A stretch of DNA of 31,427 nt from contig AP039698.1 in NCBI GenBank assembly GCA_051599415.1, positions 496,001 to 527,427 on the forward strand. The letters are read 5' to 3'. This DNA comes from Savitreella phatthalungensis. Taxonomy: Eukaryota. A program made the translations under genes and the position numbers. Below, in pieces: positions 20,933 through 29,425 of this stretch (its first letter is position 1; every line of letters begins with the position of its first letter). The notes under the pieces are model-generated. The model was given only the letters and a program-made list of their open reading frames with translations. It searched no databases and was not told the DNA's origin.

Positions 20933-21892
20933 TTATCGTGAGGTCGTATCTCGATCATTAGGTCTTTGGCTTGTGAAGAACCTCTTACCCAGCTCATATG
21001 AAGATATCATGATTGCGCAGGCCGGCGAGACCTTGAGGCAGCGAGGTACTGTGCCGCGCCAAAGGCCGCGTACTCCTTCCTCGGCATAGATGATTCGCAT
21101 CAGCTGCGGTGTCGTCACCTCACGCTCGAGGATCTGCTTCTTCGTCTTGGCCACGTCGAACGGTGTTGTGACAAGGGCTGCAATCGTGCCCGATACACCG
21201 CCACTGAGGAACGATTGCGCAAATGGCGAGTGGACAAGGTCATGCCGGCTAAGCAATCTCCGGGTCTTTTCGTATCCGAGCCAGTAGAGCGCGCTGAAGG
21301 GCACATCGCGCCAGAGCGTCAGCCCCAAGCCTCGCCACAGTGATCTGAAGCCCTCGCGTCTCAAACTCGCTTTCATGCCCGCGGAAACATCCTTGAAGGT
21401 CTGAGAAGCTGACTTGCCGAGGTGCGTCGAGCTTTGCAATCGCGTTCGCAGCAACTCCAGTGGTCCGATCGCAGTCGCGCTGGCAGTCCGTGCAAGACCA
21501 CCGCAAAGTAGAGGGGCCCATGTCGCGTCGCCACCGACGAGGCCCCTGAGCTGCTCGTATCCGACAAAATAGATCACAGTCGACGGTATCGCCATGAACA
21601 GGGTTGGCGACAGGCCACGCCATAGTGAAGAAACCCCTTCATTCCGTGAAATTTTAACGATGCCTTCCCACGTACCATTGAAGCGTCGAAGCGACGTTTG
21701 TTCCGCCTCGCATATCTCCGGTTGGGGCCCGCATGTCGTCGCCATGCTGATCTCTCTGCAGCATACCGGCTCCTGCAGAGATTGCGATTGTAGTCTTGTT
21801 TTTACCACATCGAGCGGCGTCACAATCAAGCTCGTGATGATAGCTCCGCTGATTGCAGATAGCGCCTTTTGTGTCGGCGACACGTCTCCCAT
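20933..21892 (-). CDS. MTM1: Mitochondrial carrier, SLC25A39/40 subfamily
   Basis: Three carrier signatures (PLDVVKTRLQ, PLELLRTRLQ, PFDVAKTKKQ), Cys-rich first loop (VCCRE..C..C), WRDVPFSALYW and PACAIMISSYE. Confidence 0.92.
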   Translation of the reverse strand: MGDVSPTQKALSAISGAIITSLIVTPLDVVKTRLQSQSLQEPVCCREISMATTCGPQPEICEAEQTSLRRFNGTWEGIVKISRNEGVSSLWRGLSPTLFMAIPSTVIYFVGYEQLRGLVGGDATWAPLLCGGLARTASATAIGPLELLRTRLQSSTHLGKSASQTFKDVSAGMKASLRREGFRSLWRGLGLTLWRDVPFSALYWLGYEKTRRLLSRHDLVHSPFAQSFLSGGVSGTIAALVTTPFDVAKTKKQILEREVTTPQLMRIIYAEEGVRGLWRGTVPRCLKVSPACAIMISSYELGKRFFTSQRPNDRDTTSR

Positions 21893-22494
21893 ACGATGGC
21901 TAGGTTGCGCGAGACGCCGACCCTGAACGACTCGTCCTCTCCGGATTCCACTCCTGACGAACTAGTCTTGTGCCGTAATCAGGAGTTTAACTTTTGCTTG
22001 CACGACGTCTGTGGTGACGCACATTTTGATTTTTTTTACCCACCAGAAATCCGATATGATGTGGCATAAATCGGGCCATCATTGATGTGGCTGAAGTGTG
22101 GCGTTGCTGGCATCGATCGCTGGCTCAGGCTGACTGACCCCGATCTCAAAATTCGAGACTGAATCTTTGGTCATCCTGCTAGCGTCCGAACAAGAATTCC
22201 TCTCCACAATCAGCAGAATTATCTTCTCGCCTGTTCCGCAAGCCAGACATCTCCCCAAGCAATCGTTCAGCTTATAGCCATCTCTGCTCCTCAAAATATA
22301 TCAGCACAGTGACGACAATTACGTCGATGTGTATGGTCATGAGCGCGCTAAAGAAGCGCGGTAAAGAGTAGTCCAAGGACCTATATTTACTCTGTTCATA
22401 ATCCCAAACTGTTTTCAGCAACGCCAGATTATGGCCATGAAGTTACGGATGAAACACTGCATGGCATCCCTAAGTTTAAGTCAGCAATTAGAGG

Positions 22495-22731
22495 TGGACC
22501 TAACTCCATCCCAAACTGCAGAACCAAACAGCGCTCCACCAATTTGGACCTGACTGCAAACCAAACTGCAAAACCATACTGCAGTGCTTCAAAAATTTGG
22601 ACCTAACTGCATCCCAAACTGTAGCTGTGAACCTAACTGCAAAAACCTAACTGCAGAAACCAAACTGCAGTGACCAAACTGCAAAACCAAACTGCAGCAC
22701 ACAGCAAACTCAGACCCAATTGCGTCCCAAA
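22495..22731 (+). repeat. Degenerate CC(A/T)AACTGCA minisatellite marking the start of the subtelomere
   Basis: Roughly a dozen irregularly spaced copies of ccaaactgca/cctaactgca. Confidence 0.85.
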
Positions 22732-23050
22732 CTAGATATATTCCACGCGTTTGACCCCGTTGGTTTGACCTGCGTTAGATAGGGGCAATTTTTTCGCTTG
22801 ACGAACGGCGCAATGCACAAAAATTTGGCGCCGTTGGTCGTGCATCTGACGCCATTTTGGCGCCGTTTGTCAGCAGGGCCGGCAAGACAAAATTTGCTCC
22901 TATCTGGAGGCCCTCAGTCAAATAATTTGATCACCAAAAAAGTATCAATTTTGGCGCCGTCGGTCAAAAATAGGTCACGTTTGGCGCCGTTGGTTCTATT
23001 TGATCACCAAAAAATATCGAAATTGGCGCCGTTGGGAGAAAATAGATTAC
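22732..23050 (+). repeat. Leader of array 1 (diverged direct duplicate of 26922-27245)
   Basis: Shared blocks CTAGATATA, TTTGACCCCGTT, TTAGATAGGGGCAATTTTTTCG, ACGGCGCAATGCACAAAAATTTGGCGCCG and TCCTATCTGGAGGCCCTCAG. Confidence 0.92.
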
Positions 23051-23870
23051 TTGGCGCCGTTGGTTTTGTGCATCCACACAGAATTGGCGCCGTCGGTCGA
23101 CCACATAGCACTGAATTGGCGCCGTTGGTCAATCACATAGTAATGATTTGGCGCCGTCGGTCAACCACATAGCAGCAAATTGGCGCCGTCGGTTTTGTGC
23201 ATCCACACAGAATTGGCGCCGTCGGTCGAGCATCCTAGCACAAATTTGGCGCCGTCGGTCAATCACATAGCAGTGAAATGGCGCCGTTCGTTCTGTGCAT
23301 CCACACAGAATCGGCGCCGTTGGTCAACCACATAGCAGTGAAATGGCGCCGTCGGTCAAGCACCTGACCAAAATTGGCGCCGTTGGTTTTGTGCATCCAC
23401 ACAGAATTGGCGCCGTCGGTCGAGCATCCTAGCACAAATTTGGCGCCGTTGGTCAATCACATAGCACTGAATTGGCGCCGTTGGTCAAGCACCTGACCAA
23501 AATTGGCGCCGTTGGTTCTGTGCATCCACACAGAATTGGCGCCGTTGGTCAAGCATTCCAGGGCAAAATTGGCGCCGTCGGTCAATCACATAGCACTGAA
23601 TTGGCGCCGTCGGTCAATCACATAGCACTGAATTGGCGCCGTTGGTCAAGCACCTGACCAAAATTGGCGCCGTCGGTTTTGTGCATCCACACAGAATTGG
23701 CGCCGTCGGTCGAGCATCCTAGCACAAATTTGGCGCCGTTGGTCAATTACATAGCAATGATTTGGCGCCGTTGGTCAATCACATAGTAATGATTTGGCGC
23801 CGTTGGTCAATCACATAGCACTGAATTGGCGCCGTTGGTCAACCACATAGCACTGAATTGGCGCTGTTGT
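23051..23870 (+). repeat. Array 1: TTGGCGCCGT(T/C)GGT core with variable spacers, 31-33 bp period
   Basis: About 26 regularly spaced cores (about 31 counting those in the leader). Spacer types include tttgtgcatccacacagaa, caatcacatagcactgaa, cgagcatcctagcacaaat and caagcacctgaccaaaa. Confidence 0.95.
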
Positions 23871-24299
23871 TCTTTGCACCTACTAGGTCACACTAGTAAT
23901 AGATTGTACTAGTAGTAGGTGCTACTAGATTGTAGTAGTACTAGGAGGTAGTACTAGGTTGTAGTAGTGCCAGGTCGGCCTCGGTCGCAGTCAGTGCTAG
24001 GTAGTGCCAGGTGGCAGTACTCTGCAGTGCCAGGTCGTACTAGTAGGTGGTGGTACTAGTAGTAGGTCGTAGTGGTGGCAGGTGGTGGTACTAGTAATAG
24101 GCCGTGCCAGGTCGCGCTAGGTAGTACTAGGTGGTGGTGCTAGGTCGTCGCCGAGTCGGTCCGTTTTTCGCACCTACTAGGTGCTAGTCCTAGGTGGTAG
24201 TAGTAGCTGGTAGTAGTACTAGGTGGTGGTGCTAGGTCGTAGTAGTACTAGGTCGCAGTAGACCTAGGTCGTAGTGGTGCCAGGTCGCAGTAGGTCAAA

Positions 24300-24348
24300 C
24301 ACGTGTGGGTGCCATTTGGCTCGTTGACCTGAATGGCACCCACACGTG
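24300..24348. repeat. Perfect 17-bp inverted repeat with 15-nt spacer (copy 1)
   Basis: CACGTGTGGGTGCCATT-tggctcgttgacctg-AATGGCACCCACACGTG. Confidence 0.95.
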
Positions 24349-24707
24349 ATTTGTGTCGTCACGTGACCAGGTCCAGGTCGGCCTCGGTCGCAGTCGGTGC
24401 TAGGTAGTGCCAGGTCGTACTAGCAGGTGGTGGTACTAGCAGGTGGTGGTACTAGTAGTAGGTCGTAGTGGTGGCAGGTGGTGGTACTAGTAATAGGCCG
24501 TGCCAGGTCGCGCTAGGTAGTACTAGGTGGTCGTGCTAGGTCGTCGCCGAGTCGATCTATTTTCGCACCTACTAGGTGCTAGTCCTAGGTGGTAGTAGTA
24601 GCTGGTAGTAGTACTAGGTGGTAGTCCTAGGTCGTAGTAGTACTAGGTGGTGGTGCTAGGTCGTAGTAGTACTAGGTTGTAGTAGTGCCAGGTCGCACTA
24701 GGTCAAA

Positions 24708-24799
24708 CACGTGTGGGTGCCATTTGGCTCGTTGACCTGAATGGCACCCACACGTGCAGGTGCCATTTGGCTCGTCGACCTGAATGGCACCCACACGTG
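24708..24799. repeat. 17-15-17 inverted repeat copy 2 (24708-24756) plus partial copy 3
   Basis: Identical to copy 1, followed by ggtgccatt-tggctcgtcgacctg-aatggcacccacacgtg. Confidence 0.92.
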
Positions 24800-25422
24800 A
24801 TTTGTGCCGTCACGTGACCAGGTCCAGGTCGGCCGCGGTCGCTGTCGGTGCTAGGTAGTGCCAGGTGGCAGTACTCTGCAGTGCCAGGTCGTACTAGTAG
24901 GTGGTGGTACTAGTAGTAGGTTGTCGTGGTGGCAGGTGGTGGTACTAGTAATAGGCCGTGCCAGGTCGCGCTAGGTAGTACTAGGTGGTCGTGCTAGGTC
25001 GTCGCCGAGTCGATCTATTTTCGCACCTACTAGGTGGTACTAGTAGTAGGTTGTACTCGTACTAGGTCGTAGTAGTACAAGGTGGTAGTACTAGGTTGTG
25101 GTGGTAGGTGGCAGTACTAGGCAGTAGTGGTACTAGGTTGTCGCCGAGTCGATCATTTTTCGCACCTACTAGGTCGTACTAGCAGTAGGTTGTAGTGGTA
25201 CTAGGTGGTGGCACTAGTAACAGGCCGTAGTAGTACTAGGAGGTAGTAGTACTAGGAAGTAGTGGTACTAGGCAGTCGTCAAGAACCTGTCTTCTGAAGG
25301 TTGTAGGATGCTGCCGACACGATCGCACGGTTCTGTGGCGCAGCATGTGGCTGGTGAAATTTCGGTCCCGCAACCGATTTTGCTATCGGGCGAGCGCCAG
25401 CTAGGCGCTACACCGGTGGCCG

Positions 25423-25697
25423 CCAGCAGCAGCAGCAGTGGCAGCAGCAGTGGTGGTAGTAGCAGCAGCAGTGTCAGCAGCAGCGGCAGCAGCAGTGGCA
25501 GCAGCAGTGGCAGCAGCAGTAGCAGCAGCAGTGGCAGCAGCAGTGGCAGCAGTAGGAACAGCAGTAGGAACAGCAGCAGTAATGAATGCAGCAGTAGTAA
25601 CGGCAGCAGCAGTGAATGCAGCAGTAGCTGTAGTAGTGGCAGTATTAGAAGGAGTGAAGGGAATGTCAGATGTAGTCAGTGTGGTAGCAGCAGCAGC
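25423..25697 (+). repeat. Degenerate (AGC/AGT/GGC/GGT)n trinucleotide tract
   Basis: agcagcagcagtggcagcagcagtggtggtagt... It produces poly-Ser and poly-Ala pseudo-ORFs. Confidence 0.9.
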
Positions 25698-26304
25698 CAT
25701 CACGGTCAATAAAGCACAGACTAGATAGTAGAATGAGGCATACAAGGAGCACAGACAGGCACAGACACAACGTAGTGGACAGATTACAGTGCATGACAGT
25801 GGCAAGTACATGCGACAGTGCACAAGGGAGGCAATAAGAGCAAGTGAGAGTGAATTAGAGTGAGTTGTGGAGGAAAGGGCACAGCACAGCGCCAGCCACA
25901 GATTTGAGAAGCAAGGGTGGTGGAAACAGTGCAGGCCATATGACAATGGAGTCAATTGCAATCAATTGATGTTGCACAACAAGCGCCAGTGCCAATTACA
26001 GACAGAGGAAAGAGAATGCAGGCAACAGGGTAGGGCCAGGGCCAAGCAGGTGGTGTTTATAACAAGCAGAGACAGGGTCAGTGGCAGGGCCAGGTGACAA
26101 ATGACAGTGACAAGTGCAGGAATGACACATCAAGTGACAGTGCAGTTTGAACAGATGACATCATTCAGCCAATGGCAGTGCAGTAATGAAACAAGGTACA
26201 GTGCAGGCAACAAGTGTGTGATACACAACAGGGGTTGACAGGTCAACAGCAATTGGCAGATCAAGGGTTTGACAAATGTTGGGTCACAGAGCGGGGCAGT
26301 GGGT

Positions 26305-26530
26305 CAGGTGACGGTGCAGGCAACAGCATTTGCCAGATGATGGTGCAGGTAATGGCATTTGACAGATGTGTTGCAGGTAAAGGCGGTTGACAGATGTGTT
26401 GCAGGTAAAGATGTTTGACAGGTGGCAGTGCAGGTAACAGCATTTGACAAGCGACATGCAAGTAACAGCATGTGACAGGTGACATGCAGATAACAGCATT
26501 TGGCATTTGGCAGGTGACGGTGCAGTTGCA
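26305..26530 (+). repeat. Degenerate 28-29 bp tandem repeat (TGCAGGTAACAGCATTTGACAG...)
   Basis: TGCAG(G)-like starts at 26315, 26344, 26372, 26400, 26429, 26457 and 26485. Confidence 0.8.
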
Positions 26531-26860
26531 GATGAAACAGATGGCAGGGCGATTAACAGTTGGAATGTGGGGAGCAAATGGCATGGGATGTGTCAGGTAA
26601 ACAGGAGGAAGAATGTCAGATAGAGGAGGGATTGAGAGCAGGAGTACAGCAGAGAGAGGAGCAGCAAGAAAACAGCAAGATGATGATGATGTTGAAGATC
26701 AGCAGGGACATATGCGTGCGGACAAGTGCAGTATAGCAAGGCAGCAGGCGTTATCAAAGAAACAAGGTTAACAAGCAAGCGAGCGAGCGAGCAAGCAAGC
26801 GAGCAAAGCGGAGCAAGGGTTGGGGCATTGGTTAGTTTGACGGCGGTTAGTTTTTGTGGG

Positions 26861-26920
26861 TCAGGGTGAGGGTGAGGGTTAGGGTTAGGGTCAGGGTCAG
26901 GGTCAGGGTCAGGGTCAGGG
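26861..26920 (+). repeat. Interstitial telomere-like tract of 10 hexamers (6 TCAGGG, 2 TGAGGG, 2 TTAGGG)
   Basis: Read directly from the sequence. Same polarity as the terminal telomere and abuts leader 2. Confidence 0.95.
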
Positions 26921-26921
26921 T

Positions 26922-27245
26922 CTAGATATATGCCTCGCATTTGACCCCGTTTGTTTGACCTGGTTTAGATAGGGGCAATTTTTTCGTCTGACAAACGGCG
27001 CAATGCACAAAAATTTGGCGCCGTTTGTCGTGCATCCGACCTCAAATTGGCGCCAAAATGGCGCCGTTTGTCAGCGGGGCCGGAAAGATAAAATTTGGTC
27101 CTATCTGGAGGCCCTCAGAAGAATAATTTGATCTCCAAAAAATATCAATTTTGGCGCCGTTTGTCGAGTTTTGGTCATGTGAGGCGCCGTTTGTCAGGCA
27201 CCTGACCAGCAAATTGGCGCCGTTTTTTGGAAATAGATTGCCTGT
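26922..27245 (+). repeat. Leader of array 2
   Basis: Colinear homology to 22732-23050, starting at CTAGATATA. Confidence 0.92.
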
Positions 27246-28465
27246 GCGCCGTTTGTTCTGTGCATCCATTTGAAATTGGCGCCGTTTGTCAGGCACCTGA
27301 CCACCAAATTGGCGCCGTTTGTCAAACACCTAGCGAGGATCTGGCGCCGTTTGTTGTGCATCCATCTGAAATTGGCGCCGTTTGTCAGACAGCTGACCAC
27401 CAAATTGGCGCCGTTTGTCGTGCATCCATTCAAGATTGGCGCCGTTTGTCAGACAGCTGACCAGCAAATTGGCGCCGTTTGTCAAACGCCTAGCAACGAT
27501 CTGGCGCCGTTTGTCAGACAGCTGACCAGCAAATTGGCGCCGTTTGTTGTGCATCCAATTGAGATTGGCGCCGTTTGTCAGACAGCTGACTACCAAATTG
27601 GCGCCGTTTGTCGTGCATCCGATTGAGATTGGCGCCGTTTGTCAGACAGCTGACCACCAAATTGGCGCCGTTTGTCGTGCATCCATATGAGATTGGCGCC
27701 GTTTGTCAGACAGCTGACCAGCAAATTGGCGCCGTTTGTCGTGCATCCATTCAAGATTGGCGCCGTTTGTCAGGCAGCTGACCACCAAATTGGCGCCGTT
27801 TGTCAAACACCTAGTGAGTACTTGGCGCCGTTTGTCGTGCATCCATTCAAGATTGGCGCCGTTTGTCAGACAGCTGACCACCAAATTGGCGCCGTTTGTC
27901 AAACACCTAGTGAGTGCTTGGCGCCGTTTGTCGTGCATCCATTCAAGATTGGCGCCGTTTGTCAGACAGCTGACCACCAAATTGGCGCCGTTTGTCAAAC
28001 GCCTAGCAACGATCTGGCGCCGTTTGTCAGACAGCTGACCAGCAAATTGGCGCCGTTTGTTGTGCATCCAATTGAGATTGGCGCCGTTTGTCAGACAGCT
28101 GACTACCAAATTGGCGCCGTTTGTCGTGCATCCATATGAGATTGGCGCCGTTTGTCAGACAGCTGACCAGCAAATTGGCGCCGTTTGTCGTGCATCCATT
28201 CAAGATTGGCGCCGTTTGTCAGGCAGCTGACCACCAAATTGGCGCCGTTTGTCAAACACCTAGTGAGTACTTGGCGCCGTTTGTCGTGCATCCATTCAAG
28301 ATTGGCGCCGTTTGTCAAACACCTAGTGAGTGCTTGGCGCCGTTTGTTGTGCATCCATTCAAGATTGGCGCCGTTTGTCAGACAGCTGACCACCAAATTG
28401 GCGCCGTTTGTCAAACACCTAGTGAGTGCTTGGCGCCGTTTGTTTTGTGCATTGCGCCGTTTGTC
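27246..28465 (+). repeat. Array 2: TTGGCGCCGTTTGT(C/T) core with variable spacers, 31-33 bp period
   Basis: About 38 phased cores (about 45 counting the leader). Spacers include agacagctgaccaccaaa, gtgcatccattcaaga, aaacacctagtgagt(a/g)c and aaacgcctagcaacga. Confidence 0.96.
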
Positions 28466-28610
28466 GAGAACCCTGTCCTTTCTGGGTTGCAAGGTTGTGT
28501 TTTGCAGCAAGTCTCACCACCCCGCTGGACTTGACCAAAAGAAAGTCATGTTGATGTTCTGACAAGACAGTGTGAGAGCTTTGCACGTTTTGTTATGGGA
28601 TTATGAATGA

Positions 28611-29290
28611 GTGCTCGCAAGACTCTACAGCATCATTGTAGAACACTGACAAGACTCTGCAGCATCATCGGCAAGCACTTGCAAGACACTACACTATCAA
28701 GAGCGAGCATTTGCCAGACACTGCAGCATGATTGACAATCACTCGCCGGACGCTACAGCACAATCAATGATCACTCGCAAGACACTATAACACGATCAAC
28801 AATCACTCGCCAGACACTACAACACGGTCGACAATCACTTGCTGGACACTGCAGCATCATCGACGGACACTTGTTGGACTCTGCTGTATCATTGACGGGC
28901 ACTTGTTGGACTCTGCAGCATCATCGACGGGCACTCGCCGGACTCTGCTGTATCATCGACAAGCACTCGCCGGACACCGCAGCGTCATTGACGGGCACTC
29001 GCTGGACGCTGCAGCAACATCGACGGGCACTCGCTGGACGCTGCAGCAACATCGACGGGCACTCGCCGGACACTGCAGCAACATCGACGGGCACTCGCTG
29101 GACGCTGCAGCAACATCGACGGGCACTCGCCGGACACTGCAGCAACATCGACGGGCACTCGCCGGACACTGCAGCATCATCGACAAGCACTCGCCGGACA
29201 CTGCAGCGTCATTGACATGCACTTGCTGGACACTACAGTCTCATTGACAGGTACTCGCCAGACTCTGCAGCAATATTGACGGGCACCTGA
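28611..29290 (+). repeat. Array 3: 32-bp tandem repeat CACTCGCCGGACACTGCAGCAACATCGACGGG, about 21 copies
   Basis: Near-perfect copies at about 28995-29180, increasingly degenerate toward both edges. Confidence 0.93.
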
Positions 29291-29425
29291 CGGAGTTGAC
29301 AGGAGTCCTAGCAAGGGATCCACCAGAATGCGCACACCTTTGAATGTATCATCACTTTTATCTCTTCCAACCAGAACAGTTCCGAGTAATTTTGCACAAG
29401 TCAATATGAAGATGATTCAAGCTGC

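Larger units (their letters stand above)
23876..25275 (+). repeat. TAG/GGT-rich satellite (GTAGTACTAGGT-like subunits) with ~0.4-kb higher-order units
   Basis: Unit marker caggtcggcc at 23971, 24374 and 24825 (periods 403 and 451). Recurring gtcgccgagtcg..ttttcgcacctactagg block. Confidence 0.92.

Noticed and set aside
23051..23870. TTTGGCGC as E2F sites
   Set aside because: E2F is generally considered absent from Dikarya. The resemblance alone does not identify the binder.
25401..25961. Antifreeze-glycoprotein-like Ala/Thr ORF, and poly-Ser ORF on the other strand
   Set aside because: They arise from a degenerate trinucleotide tract open in several frames. There is no independent coding evidence.
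26922..26960. Helitron 3' end (minus strand of both leaders ends ...ATATCTAG)
   Set aside because: There is no convincing subterminal hairpin and no Rep/Pif1 ORF. The helicase present is RecQ.
23051..28465. Calling the arrays true CRISPR
   Set aside because: Eukaryotic context with no cas genes, a core of only ~13-15 bp, and short spacers that recur many times rather than being unique.
22798..29247. ORFs in repeat arrays (LAPFV, TNGAN, IGAVCQ, DPDP and similar)
   Set aside because: They are short, overlap in several frames and are by-products of stop-poor repeats.
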